From an uncultured Spirochaetota bacterium (lineage in GTDB: Bacteria > Spirochaetota > Spirochaetia > SZUA-6 > Fen-1364): DNA of 64,000 nt. Positions 21,341 through 31,910 of the stretch are shown piece after piece. The stretch lies in NCBI GenBank assembly GCA_963781885.1, contig CAWAHW010000006.1, positions 1-64,000 of the forward strand. The letters are read 5' to 3'. The notes under the pieces are model-generated. The model did no database searches, was not told the origin of the DNA, and saw nothing but the letters and a program-made list of their open reading frames with translations. The first letter of the stretch is position 1. Every line of letters starts with the position of its first letter. Both the position numbers and the translations under genes were made by a program.

Positions 21341-21952
21341 CTATGCGTCAATGCCAACAATAATTAGTGGTACGGCGGGTACACCGCGCCCTTGCCTTAT
21401 AACATTGTAGAATTCACCCTCGAAGTACGGCACACCAGAACTCATGTGCTTTTGGAGGCTCTTCATTGGTAGAATTTCGACTCCAACATCGATGTGATCT
21501 CCGACGTAGAAAGCCAAATGCTTTACAAAGAGATCATATGCGACAAAAGCATATTTTCCAAACTGTACCTCAATTGCTACGCGTTCCTTTACGAAATCGG
21601 TTTGGTTGTAGCTGAATATAGGTTGCTCGCCGGTGTCCTCAATCTCTTTCTTTTGCTCCTCAGGAGGCATTGTAAGCGTTTTTCTAATCAGTTTTTCATT
21701 TTTTGTGACCCAATAGCTAACGCGACTTTCCTGCCACGCAACTTTGCGCAGAAGCCGCTTGAATTCAAGGTTCATCTGGATTGGGCTGTACAGCAATTTT
21801 CCCTTCATGCCCTTCTCTTTGGAAACCTTGGTTTTGCACTTTTCAGCATCGACATTCCGTATGACACTTTCAATCTCTTTCCATAATTGCGGTTTGTGAA
21901 CAAGAAGAAACTCGAGTCCGTTCAAATGAGAGTATTGCTGTGCGATTTTCAT
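21341..21952 (-). CDS. BglII/BstYI-family type II restriction endonuclease
   Basis: QTDFVKERVAIEVQFGKY (D..ExQ motif); translationally coupled to a DNA methyltransferase. Confidence 0.85.
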   Translation of the reverse strand: MKIAQQYSHLNGLEFLLVHKPQLWKEIESVIRNVDAEKCKTKVSKEKGMKGKLLYSPIQMNLEFKRLLRKVAWQESRVSYWVTKNEKLIRKTLTMPPEEQKKEIEDTGEQPIFSYNQTDFVKERVAIEVQFGKYAFVAYDLFVKHLAFYVGDHIDVGVEILPMKSLQKHMSSGVPYFEGEFYNVIRQGRGVPAVPLIIVGIDA

Positions 21953-22974
21953 TTGGACGCCAGCCCTTTTTCCTCATCTTGATTCGGGAACAAACGGCTG
22001 CTCTGGGAGTCCTTCCACGGAGGAATTGTAAGGCTATTGCCCGCTTTGTAGGGATCATATACGGGCCTATCCATTGGCCTAGTCCGGAGTGTGCCATCCA
22101 TAGCCATATGAATTCGGCGCTTCGCTAAAGAGACGTACTTTGGAACGATTTCTGCTCCGACGCCACGCCGATTGTGCAATATGGCCGCTATGATAGAGGT
22201 TCCAGTTCCTAGGAATGGGTCAAAAACCCAATCATTTTCATTCGTGAGAGACAACACCAGTCTTTCAATCAATTCAACTGGGAATTGGCAAGGATGATCT
22301 GTCTTTTCTATGTGGTTACTTTTAACATTGGGGATTATCCAAAGATCGCTTGGATTTTTCCCGAGCGGATTGCTGGAATATTGGCCGGCTTTCGGGCCTT
22401 TAAAGTGCTTTTTGCCTGGATATTTTTGCGGAACACGAACAGAGTCCAAATTGAAAGTGTATTCTTCGGTCTTTGTAAACCAAACAATGGTTTCGTATCT
22501 GCCTGAGAAGCGCTTAGTACAATGCAGGCCATGTTCAAAGTGCCAAATGATGCGATTCCGCATCTTCAGCCCAAGCTTGGTGAATACGGGATAGAGTATC
22601 GTATCAAGTGGGATTATGGAACTTCCCGCAACATAGTTCCCTACCTGCCAACACAGGCTGCCAGTTGGGGATAAGGCTCGATAGCATTCGGTAATTACCT
22701 TTTCTTGTTGGGCAAGATAGGTTTCTAGATCAAGTCTTTTTTCATATTCCTTTCCAATATTGTAGGGAGGTGAGGTGACAACCAGCTTGAGTGATTCACT
22801 GGGGATACCAGCCAGTAGTTCAAGACAGTCACCAAGGTGTACGACTACGCGTTCATTCTTGGCGAATTTGTCCGCGATCTTTTGGTGCTTAGCGAACATA
22901 TCCTGATAGTAGTACACGTCCGAATCAGGGTCAACTGACATGGAATGCTCCCAAATATGCCTGTTTTGGGGCAT
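21949..22974 (-). CDS. N4/N6 site-specific DNA methyltransferase (beta class)
   Basis: TSPPY precedes HPCQFP and DPFLGTGT. Confidence 0.92.
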   Translation of the reverse strand: MPQNRHIWEHSMSVDPDSDVYYYQDMFAKHQKIADKFAKNERVVVHLGDCLELLAGIPSESLKLVVTSPPYNIGKEYEKRLDLETYLAQQEKVITECYRALSPTGSLCWQVGNYVAGSSIIPLDTILYPVFTKLGLKMRNRIIWHFEHGLHCTKRFSGRYETIVWFTKTEEYTFNLDSVRVPQKYPGKKHFKGPKAGQYSSNPLGKNPSDLWIIPNVKSNHIEKTDHPCQFPVELIERLVLSLTNENDWVFDPFLGTGTSIIAAILHNRRGVGAEIVPKYVSLAKRRIHMAMDGTLRTRPMDRPVYDPYKAGNSLTIPPWKDSQSSRLFPNQDEEKGLASK

Positions 22975-23089
22975 CCCGACCCTATTCTACTGAAAAGTGT
23001 GATGCAAATGCCCAAGACAATCGTACGGGTGCGTTGTTCCCGCCGCTTGCAAAGTGGCTAATGGGTCTGCGTTTGGCCCATCCTTGAAA

Positions 23090-24409
23090 TGTCCTAACTA
23101 ACACATCGTTGACACTTTTCGCAGCACATCCTAACAGTTATCTCGCTGCCCTAACCAAGCGGCCGAGCTCATCCTGGATGCGCAGCTGCCGCTCGTCAAG
23201 ATAGCCTAACAGGGTGTCGCGGTAATACACGCGCCACTTGCCCTTCACGATCTGCTCCAGTCCGACGTACTTCTCGATCAGCGTTGTGCTGACGACGACC
23301 CACTTGCTGGAGCCCCAGCGGATTGCCCCGTTGCGGCAAACGTATTTCGTGCACATGCCTTCTGGATACTTCCAGGTCCTAGTTATGCGTGGAAGGCGGC
23401 GAGGGGAGTGGCGGTAGAACTCCTTGGGCCTCCTCTGTCCCAGCGTCTGATGAGGACGCTGCACGTTGTAGAAATGACGAAAGGCGTCGAACTTGTGTTG
23501 CTGCTGGACCAGGCTGTAGGCGGCCGGCTTTGTGGCCTCAGCCTTTAGCTCTTCGTGCATCCGCTCGTGACTACCGTTCTGCTCGGGGTGAGCCGGGTCA
23601 GAATAGACCGGCTGGATCCCCAGATCCATGAGCCAGACGGCAAGCCGCGTAAGCCGCGAGAGGCTCACCCCACTGGCGAAGGGCTCTCCGTTGTCACTGT
23701 GGATATCGTTTGGGCAAACCGTACTTCTTGAAAAGGGCCTCAAATACGGCCTTTGTGCCCTCATATGTGGGATTATGCATTCCCACCACCGCCAGCACAA
23801 AGCGGCTGTAGGCGTCCATGACGGTCAGCGGGTAGCAGTAGCGCCCGTCGCCCATGCGGAACTTCCCTTTGAAGTCCACGCTCCAGATCTCGTTGGGGGC
23901 CTTCGCCTCAAAGATCGGGTGCATCTCTCGAATGCGACGAACGCGGCGCCGCTTCTTGACTAGGCCATAGCGTTTGAGCACCAAGGCGATCGTCGCCACC
24001 GAAGGCACCTTCCGCCGACCACCATACCTCTCCGTGAGCAGCTGAAAGATCTTCAGCGGACCCATGCGAGGCCACCTGCCTCGTATTCGTACGATTGCCC
24101 GCTCGATGCTCGGTGCAGTGCGGTTCCACACCCGCCGCGGAGCCCGCGATTGCTCCTTGAGTCCCGCTACACCCCGCAACAGATAGCGCAGTATGTAGCG
24201 GTAACCTAAAGTACGGGAGATACCATAAGATTTGCACAGAGCAGTGAACGTGTGCTGGCCTGACTCCCACTCAAGAACGAAACTAGCCTTTTCGTCCATC
24301 GCTGACCGTTCCCTCCAGGGCATCCCGCTCTCCTCTCGGAGAAAACGTCGCCCAAAAAAGTGTCAACGATGTGCTTAGAATTCTGTCAACGATGTGCTTA
24401 GACAGGACC
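23090..24409 (-). mobile_element. IS481-family element A, copy with frameshifted transposase (~23705)
   Basis: Same as the other copies plus a net 1-bp insertion that splits the ORF into 23138-23800 and 23694-24323. Confidence 0.93.
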
Positions 24410-24536
24410 AAAACGCCTAACATAGAGTTGACCAGCGCCGCCGCATCAACCGGCACCACCCCGACGATTAGGACAAAGTTGGGTCTATCCAGATAAATTC
24501 CAAGGCGACTGGTCCAACGATTTGTTAGACGCATTC

Positions 24537-25619
24537 TCAATCCATATCAAATACGATATGTCCATTGCCAGGAGGTAGGACCCCCTTGGAGTACTTGTAG
24601 TGAGGCGGATACTCCTCCACTAGATCGAAGCGCTCCCCTGTGGGGATGTCAGCGTCTGTATCAAGCCAGTCAAGATAGGCGGCAGTCCAGTCAAAGAGGC
24701 GCTGAAACCAGGAGAGAATCCCTTCAAGGGACCACGCAGGAGGCGTCCTTCTCTTCCCAATGCGGAGAAGACTCAATCCGCCGAAGGTGAGGGTCAATCG
24801 AAATGCAGCTCCCTGCATGGTGCAATCCTTGTGGCCAGCGAACCGTCGGTCCCACGACGTGTAGGGGGCAGGGCTTCCGACCCCGCCAAAGGGTTCGATC
24901 CTGAACGACACGCCGTTGCCTGACAACTTTAGCATGGCTTGGTTCTTGTCGGTGAAGGCCAGCCTCATAGAGATCCCCTTCGGCAGATTGAACTGCAAAG
25001 ACGGGAAGTGCCGGCGAAGGAGTGCTGTGTCGAGAATCGAAGGCGCTATATCCTCGATCCCGTGTTTGGCGTGGTCAAGCGGGTGCCCCATTTTGCTGGA
25101 AATGAAAGGCCCGCGCTGAATGCTTGCAAGTACAGGTGCGAAGTCATCCATGGGGCCGAGCTTCTGGGATAGGGCGAGGAGGAGCGTGAAGATTGGCTCG
25201 AGGAACATGCTGTCAAAAGGCTGCTTTAGTTCCAAACCTATGAGCTGTCGGTGAACCTGATATATCATAATTGGAAACGGTCGCGGCTCTCCAATGAGAC
25301 GAGGGTGCATGCGCAAAACAAGAGGAACGGCGATCTTGTTTGTCGCGTGATTGATCACAACGGCGGTTGGAACCACCTTACTGACAGTCCGCGACGCTAA
25401 CTCGGCGGCTACCATCCGGATGAAGACGATGATTGCCACTGTCGCGGACAGACCTGCGATGGCCCAAACTAGGGGAGTGTTGGGCTGGGCAAGTGCAATC
25501 AGCGCGGACGCGAGGAGCCCTATGCAGCAGCCCAAGGCAAGGACACTAAATAGGAGGTTGGTGACGCGCGAGACGCTGGAGAAAGCCTGTTTTACCGGAT
25601 CGTCGCTTGCCATGTGCAA
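24537..25619 (-). CDS. Hypothetical protein with 2 N-terminal TM helices
   Basis: 360 aa ORF filling the cassette. Confidence 0.75.
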   Translation of the reverse strand: MHMASDDPVKQAFSSVSRVTNLLFSVLALGCCIGLLASALIALAQPNTPLVWAIAGLSATVAIIVFIRMVAAELASRTVSKVVPTAVVINHATNKIAVPLVLRMHPRLIGEPRPFPIMIYQVHRQLIGLELKQPFDSMFLEPIFTLLLALSQKLGPMDDFAPVLASIQRGPFISSKMGHPLDHAKHGIEDIAPSILDTALLRRHFPSLQFNLPKGISMRLAFTDKNQAMLKLSGNGVSFRIEPFGGVGSPAPYTSWDRRFAGHKDCTMQGAAFRLTLTFGGLSLLRIGKRRTPPAWSLEGILSWFQRLFDWTAAYLDWLDTDADIPTGERFDLVEEYPPHYKYSKGVLPPGNGHIVFDMD

Positions 25620-25793
25620 CTCTACCCGCCAACGAAAGAAAACACAATCTTGAATGCGTCTAACATAGAGTTGAGCACCCGGCCCGCATCAGACAAAAAC
25701 CACAAAGATTTGCACCGGAAGCGGGTCTGATGGACCAAATTCAGCCTGGAGTGCTCCAACGATTTGTTAGCTGGTTCCAGGGACGGACAGCCC

Positions 25794-27110
25794 TCAGGAC
25801 GACTTCATCAGTTGTTCGATCGTTTGGCGAAGCTTGCTTTCCATTTCTTTCATGCCCCTTGGGGTGAACTCGTACACGATGCACCGCAAGGCCTTCAGGT
25901 CAAAAGGAACGTCATCCATGGTCTGACTGACAAGGATTACATCTTTGCCCAGTGCATGGGCGAGCCCAACTTCATAGAAGACATTTGCGTTGCGCCCTGT
26001 AAGATCAGCAATGATTACTCGGGCACGGTTTATCCTCTCCCAAATTTCAAACACCACTTGGCGAGTGCCAAACACGTCATCGGCGCGGAAACATGACAGT
26101 CCAACTGACGAGACTGTTGGCTTGATATGATCAACGTACACAGCTTTCAGGTTCTCTGCAAACGGCATTAGGACGAAGCATAAATTAGGATCAAGACTAA
26201 ATGAGGCACCGCCGAATACTTTCCCTATTGTCTCAAGACTTTGGTGCCCTTTGCTCCCTTCCTCAACTTTCTTGCCCGATGCTGTCTTGGATTGCGTAAC
26301 GTTTCCTGACTTGGGCTCGATAGGAGCAGCTTGTTGAGGAGACTGTTTTGCAGTTGTCTGAGCGGTTGCTGGTGTCTTGAATATTGAATCAAACAGATTA
26401 TCGCCTTTGCCAAACATCCCGAATAGGTCGGTGTAAGTACTTTGCTGGGCAGCCTCTAGAAGCTTCTGAAGCTCATCCGCTTTCTGTTTCATGCCGTCAC
26501 TATCGCCGGCTTCAAGCAGCAGTCCCAAGTCAGCCAGGGTCTGCTCTACCCGCCGGTCACTCTCATTCATTGAATCTGATTCTTGCCGGGTTCTAAGATA
26601 CTTCTCTGCTTGATAGATCATCTCATTTGCGTGTGTATCATTTTCAATTTTACGAACTTCAACTACGTCGGCTTCCGAATCGTTTTTGGCCTGCTTTAAG
26701 AGTTCTTCGATCTTCTCATTTGTCAGGGTCTCGCTAGCGTTCGTTGTTTCCACCGTCATCTGTTGTTTTGAAAGCTTCTCAACTGCTGTAACCTTAACTG
26801 AAAAGTCGCGATCGATGTCAAAAGAAACAGAAATCTGTGGCTTTCCTTTCTCCATAGGCTCTATTCCGCGAAGGTCTGCTCTTGCCAGCTCCATGTTCTT
26901 ATTGGCAAGCTGGCTTTCGCCCACAAGTATGCGAATAGTTACGATTTCTTGATTGTCAGAAGCTGTTGAAAACGTGCAGGCCCTCTTGGTCGGAAGGGGT
27001 GTCCCACGCATTGCCAGCGGAGTTGAAATGCCACCTAACGTCTCAATTCCCACCGTTAGCGGTAGAAATTTGTACTCTTTAGATTCTTTGGGCATGCTTT
27101 CGCCTTTCAT
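25794..27110 (-). CDS. Hsp70 (DnaK) substrate-binding/lid domain fused to a TIR-like/nucleoside 2-deoxyribosyltransferase-like domain
   Basis: N-terminal PLTVGIETLGG..TFSTASDNQ..GKPQISVSFDID; C-terminal CFVLMPF..RADD..IADLTGRNANVFYEVGLAHALGK. Confidence 0.85.
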   Translation of the reverse strand: MKGESMPKESKEYKFLPLTVGIETLGGISTPLAMRGTPLPTKRACTFSTASDNQEIVTIRILVGESQLANKNMELARADLRGIEPMEKGKPQISVSFDIDRDFSVKVTAVEKLSKQQMTVETTNASETLTNEKIEELLKQAKNDSEADVVEVRKIENDTHANEMIYQAEKYLRTRQESDSMNESDRRVEQTLADLGLLLEAGDSDGMKQKADELQKLLEAAQQSTYTDLFGMFGKGDNLFDSIFKTPATAQTTAKQSPQQAAPIEPKSGNVTQSKTASGKKVEEGSKGHQSLETIGKVFGGASFSLDPNLCFVLMPFAENLKAVYVDHIKPTVSSVGLSCFRADDVFGTRQVVFEIWERINRARVIIADLTGRNANVFYEVGLAHALGKDVILVSQTMDDVPFDLKALRCIVYEFTPRGMKEMESKLRQTIEQLMKSS

Positions 27111-27257
27111 CGAGTCAATATACTACCATGTGGAGAGAATCTTAGAACCAGCTAACATAGAGTTCAGTACCCGGCCCGCATCAGAACCAAGGCACACCGA
27201 TTTGCCACGACGCCGGGTCTTTCCTACGAAATCACGCCGGAGTACTGCAACGATTTG

Positions 27258-27942
27258 TTAGGCATTTTCCTCTTGTATGGTTGCTACTATTCTTTCGAGA
27301 AATGGCTTCATGCGTCTATAACCCATTCTTGAGTCTGCTATTTCTACTTCTATCTGCTTCTGAGTTTCCGTTTCAATATGCGCAAGGTTTCTAAGCATAT
27401 ATGTAATTTTGATGTCCTCGGAATAGGCCACGTCCACAAATCCTATTCGAACCGCACAGTCGACTTTGTCCCGAAAAGCAATGCTGTTTCGTTCTGTCTT
27501 CTCATCCCGGGTAAACGCATGGGAAAACGTCTTCTTCGCCATACTTCATGGCCGTAAGATGAGCAAACGCACCGACCGGCTTATATGCTTTGTGCGTTTG
27601 GAGCAGCTTTACCTCGGGATGTGCCTTATAGCGGTTCCATAGAAGATGGGATATCACGGCTTCATATATTGATGCGTATTGGATGATTTGGAACTTCACA
27701 AACGCATGCAATTCGTCTCCCGTTGCAGACAGAGCCTCCATCAACTTTGCGATATACCGCGCCGAGTAGTAGGCTCGTCCCAGTCGTTTGCGGAGCTCTA
27801 CTTCCTCAATAAAGCCAAACTGGTCGACATGCCAGTCAAGGTTCCCAGGCAGGTGTTTGGTGCAGTACTCAAGCAACATCACTCTTGTCTCTTCATCGGT
27901 TGGCATTTGGAACCCTCTTTCGTAGTATCCAGCAGAAATCAA
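27258..27942 (-). CDS. Hypothetical, HEPN-like protein (frameshift ~27520)
   Basis: Two overlapping ORFs in one cassette; YASIYEA and LRNLAH motifs. Confidence 0.55.
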
Positions 27943-28171
27943 ACCGTTTCCTAACTACGCCAGCGTCATCAATCGGCGGCTAACGCAGCGAAGACATTTT
28001 GAAAACGCCTAACATAGAGTTCAGTACCCGGCCCGCATCAGACGGCACCACCCCGATTTGCGCCGGCAGCGGGTCTATCCAACAAGATTCTTAGTCCGGA
28101 GTACTGCAACGACTTGTTATGCGGACCCTCTTTCCCATAGTTCTTGGTTTCATTCTACGTGTTTGCCATAG

Positions 28172-28612
28172 TCATCTATTAAGACAATCATTCAACTGAA
28201 TTTCCATGTTCTTAAGATTCAAGTCATCGTTTCTTTTTAGTATGGAGGCTATCACGGCCTCCCGATGCTTGTTGTCTGCATCCAGTTCAAATTCGTTTGT
28301 CCACCTCAACAGTGATCCTTCACCACAGTCCGATAGTCTCTGAATAGACAGTTGGTATATGAAAGGAGGCATGGGCTGCCTTCGTTGGATGATTATGGCA
28401 AAAGTTTCTGGGATGGTAATCCTTTCTATCTCAACGTCACCTATTCCTTCCACCTTTGAAACAGATCGCATAAGTCGGTCATTGTGAAACAGTACGGCGG
28501 TGTTGCGTCCAAAGTTAGGATCAATGGCCTTCATAAAGTCAATTGACGCGATCTGTTTGAAAACTGCTTCTTTGGGAAAGCTAAATAGCACTTGTTCTTC
28601 AATTCTCGGCAT
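28172..28612 (-). CDS. SRPBCC/START-like protein (copy 1)
   Basis: Near-identical to 37829-38269; the fold call is a guess from the sequence pattern. Confidence 0.6.
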   Translation of the reverse strand: MPRIEEQVLFSFPKEAVFKQIASIDFMKAIDPNFGRNTAVLFHNDRLMRSVSKVEGIGDVEIERITIPETFAIIIQRRQPMPPFIYQLSIQRLSDCGEGSLLRWTNEFELDADNKHREAVIASILKRNDDLNLKNMEIQLNDCLNR

Positions 28613-28950
28613 AAAATCCTCCCGTTGGATTGTCTATGCCTTTCCTGGCGGACAACGTCTGCTATCTGGGAAGGCCATTATTATTACACGATTGGCCGCT
28701 TCTTGTCAATGCGCAAACGGTCGGGAGGAGTATCTGGCCTCGATTTGGCGCTTTTCGATATTACTTTCAGAGGTGAACTGGTGATCAACTCCGTCGGTAG
28801 ATCGGCACATTGGGGCCGCATAACATAGAGTTGAGCACCCGGCCCGCATCATGCTCCACCACACCGATTGGCTCCGGAAGCGGGTCTATTGAAGCAAATT
28901 CCAGTCCGGAGTGCTCCAACGATTTGTTAGATCCGCGTCCTTTTTTTGAG

Positions 28951-29292
28951 CTAAAGGGCAAACATTTCCTGGAGAACATCCAAAGTCTTTTCCAAAATGG
29001 CATTTGGCAGACGACCTAAGGGTCTTATTAGGCGAATTCTATCTACGGTTCTAATCTGATCGAGCACAATATGCCCGGACTTCCCTTTAAATCGGCATTC
29101 AACACGGAATGGGTAAGAATAGCTGCCTGTCGTCATGGGCGCTATAATAAAAGTGCGCAGATACTGATTCAATTCATCTGGAGACACTACGACGCATGGT
29201 CTGGTTTTTTTGATTTCTTGGCCCTTTGTGGGGTCCAAACTCACGAGCACAATGTCGCCACGCTTGATCTCCGTTGATTCTACCATTGCCAT
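28951..29292 (-). CDS. mazF: PemK/MazF-family toxin
   Basis: LDPTKGQEIKKTRPCVVVS and DQIRTVD motifs. Confidence 0.92.
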   Translation of the reverse strand: MAMVESTEIKRGDIVLVSLDPTKGQEIKKTRPCVVVSPDELNQYLRTFIIAPMTTGSYSYPFRVECRFKGKSGHIVLDQIRTVDRIRLIRPLGRLPNAILEKTLDVLQEMFAL

Positions 29293-29528
29293 TCAGTCTC
29301 ATCAAAAATGGTAGAGTTGTTGCTATCAATCAAGGCATCATCATTTCGATCATGCAGTAGCTTTGCTGAGTCGGCCCAGTCACTTCGCGGCTTCGAATTA
29401 GAGGTAATGACGATAGAGCCTTCCTTAACATGGATATCCACATCGTCATTTAGTCCAGCTTCTTCGATCATCGGTTTTGGCAACCTTACGCCGCGAGAGT
29501 TGCCAATTTGCACGAGTCTAGCCTTCAT
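29280..29528 (-). CDS. mazE: AbrB/MazE antitoxin
   Basis: IGNSRGVRLPK; upstream TTGACA-18-TATAAT. Confidence 0.9.
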   Translation of the reverse strand: MKARLVQIGNSRGVRLPKPMIEEAGLNDDVDIHVKEGSIVITSNSKPRSDWADSAKLLHDRNDDALIDSNNSTIFDETEWQW

Positions 29529-29686
29529 GAATCCGTCTCCGAGTGGTAATTACATTATATATACCAAAGTGGCGTTCTGTCAAGTCTTGCTTGGCGATGT
29601 ATAAAGGCCGCGGCGGTTCGGCTGTAAGCCAATTCATTTGTGTTCTGGTGATGCCAGCCTTGGACCCTAGAGACGAATTGATCTTG

Positions 29687-31005
29687 TGTCCTAACTAACA
29701 CATCGTTGACACTTTTCGCAGCACATCCTAACAGTTATCTCGCTGCCCTAACCAAGCGGCCGAGCTCATCCTGGATGCGCAGCTGCCGCTCGTCAAGATA
29801 GCCTAACAGGGTGTCGCGGTAATACACGCGCCACTTGCCCTTCACGATCTGCTCCAGTCCGACGTACTTCTCGATCAGCGTTGTGCTGACGACGACCCAC
29901 TTGCTGGAGCCCCAGCGGATTGCCCCGTTGCGGCAAACGTATTTCGTGCACATGCCTTCTGGATACTTCCAGGTCCTAGTTATGCGTGGAAGGCGGCGAG
30001 GGGAGTGGCGGTAGAACTCCTTGGGCCTCCTCTGTCCCAGCGTCTGATGAGGACGCTGCACGTTGTAGAAATGACGAAAGGCGTCGAACTTGTGTTGCTG
30101 CTGGACCAGGCTGTAGGCGGCCGGCTTTGTGGCCTCAGCCTTTAGCTCTTCGTGCATCCGCTCGTGACTACCGTTCTGCTCGGGGTGAGCCGGGTCAGAA
30201 TAGACCGGCTGGATCCCCAGATCCATGAGCCAGACGGCAAGCCGCGTAAGCCGCGAGAGGCTCACCCCACTGGCGAAGGGCTCTCCGTTGTCACTGTGGA
30301 TCTGTTTGGGCAAACCGTACTTCTTGAAAAGGGCCTCAAATACGGCCTTTGTGCCCTCATATGTGGGATTATGCATTCCCACCACCGCCAGCACAAAGCG
30401 GCTGTAGGCGTCCATGACGGTCAGCGGGTAGCAGTAGCGCCCGTCGCCCATGCGGAACTTCCCTTTGAAGTCCACGCTCCAGATCTCGTTGGGGGCCTTC
30501 GCCTCAAAGATCGGGTGCATCTCTCGAATGCGACGAACGCGGCGCCGCTTCTTGACTAGGCCATAGCGTTTGAGCACCAAGGCGATCGTCGCCACCGAAG
30601 GCACCTTCCGCCGACCACCATACCTCTCCGTGAGCAGCTGAAAGATCTTCAGCGGACCCATGCGAGGCCACCTGCCTCGTATTCGTACGATTGCCCGCTC
30701 GATGCTCGGTGCAGTGCGGTTCCACACCCGCCGCGGAGCCCGCGATTGCTCCTTGAGTCCCGCTACACCCCGCAACAGATAGCGCAGTATGTAGCGGTAA
30801 CCTAAAGTACGGGAGATACCATAAGATTTGCACAGAGCAGTGAACGTGTGCTGGCCTGACTCCCACTCAAGAACGAAACTAGCCTTTTCGTCCATCGCTG
30901 ACCGTTCCCTCCAGGGCATCCCGCTCTCCTCTCGGAGAAAACGTCGCCCAAAAAAGTGTCAACGATGTGCTTAGAATTCTGTCAACGATGTGCTTAGACA
31001 GGACC
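29687..31005 (-). mobile_element. IS481-family element A (1319 bp)
   Basis: Ends TGTCCTAACTAACACATCGTTGACA / GGTCCTGTCTAAGCACATCGTTGACA; tandem TGTCAACGATGTGCTTAGA at the transposase 5' end. Confidence 0.93.
29735..30919 (-). CDS. IS481-family DDE transposase
   Basis: MPW start, HTH, WSVDFKG, HSDNG and QNGSHER motifs. Confidence 0.93.
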   Translation of the reverse strand: MPWRERSAMDEKASFVLEWESGQHTFTALCKSYGISRTLGYRYILRYLLRGVAGLKEQSRAPRRVWNRTAPSIERAIVRIRGRWPRMGPLKIFQLLTERYGGRRKVPSVATIALVLKRYGLVKKRRRVRRIREMHPIFEAKAPNEIWSVDFKGKFRMGDGRYCYPLTVMDAYSRFVLAVVGMHNPTYEGTKAVFEALFKKYGLPKQIHSDNGEPFASGVSLSRLTRLAVWLMDLGIQPVYSDPAHPEQNGSHERMHEELKAEATKPAAYSLVQQQHKFDAFRHFYNVQRPHQTLGQRRPKEFYRHSPRRLPRITRTWKYPEGMCTKYVCRNGAIRWGSSKWVVVSTTLIEKYVGLEQIVKGKWRVYYRDTLLGYLDERQLRIQDELGRLVRAAR

Positions 31006-31150
31006 CTGGAGGCGCCTAACATAGAGTTCAGCACCCGGCCCGCATCAGAAATGCACCACCTCGATTTGCCCCGGAATTGGGTCTTGCCTACAAATTCAGC
31101 CTGGAGTGCTGCAACGACTTGTTATGGCTCAGCCAAAGCAGATTGGAGTA

Positions 31151-31910
31151 TCAGGCAATCTCACGTTCGAAGTATTTTTCTGCATCTTGTCTGAAATCAT
31201 CCAGGTCTGTGTATTGCTTATCTACGACGTTGGTAATGATTTTTCGATCCTTTTTAGAGAGTCGCTCGAAATCTTCGTGCACCGCTACACTTCTGAATGA
31301 GATGTTTTTCCTCAGATATTCGAGGCATGAGATGCTTACTAGGCGTGCTTTGGGGCTGTCCTTAACTGCAAAAAGATAAATATTCTTACTCTTACTTGGG
31401 AAAGAATAATCTACCTCGAGATCTTCTCTGTCGGGTATTGGTAGAAATGCATGAACTGGCTGGTACTTGGTAAGTTGCCCATCCACGAACTCCATTAGCT
31501 GCTCATAGAAGTGGCTCTGTATCAGCTCCCTTTTATAGAGTTGCATGTTTGTGATTTTTGATATGGCATGAGAAAAGGTGACAATCGTGTTGTACAAGAA
31601 CTCTTTCTCAGTATCGATGTAGAGATTGCCATTGCTCTTCTGACAGCCCATTTTCGGAGATAATCCTTTGGAATATCTTCTCCTTGTTCTGAGTATCGAT
31701 ATCAAACACATAGGAAAGCTTCATCAAGGTGAGGCCGTGATCACATACCCGTGCTTTCTCATTTGAGGCTGGCGCAGGCTCAACAAAGATATCGTACATG
31801 TCTCCGTCTTCATGGTAGAAGGGAGCGAAGAGTTGAAAGATACCCTTCTTCTTCTCGTGAAAGGCGACGCGGTTATTGAACTGCTTGCGAACTGTGTCCA
31901 GATAGTCCAT
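31151..31910 (-). CDS. DUF1828/DUF1829-like protein (frameshift ~31650)
   Basis: PFYHEDGDMYDIF..DHGLTL N-terminus and VDYSF C-terminus across two overlapping ORFs. Confidence 0.65.

Noticed and set aside
25794-27110. Housekeeping dnaK
   Set aside because: There is no ATPase domain, no dnaJ or grpE nearby, and it sits in a cassette.
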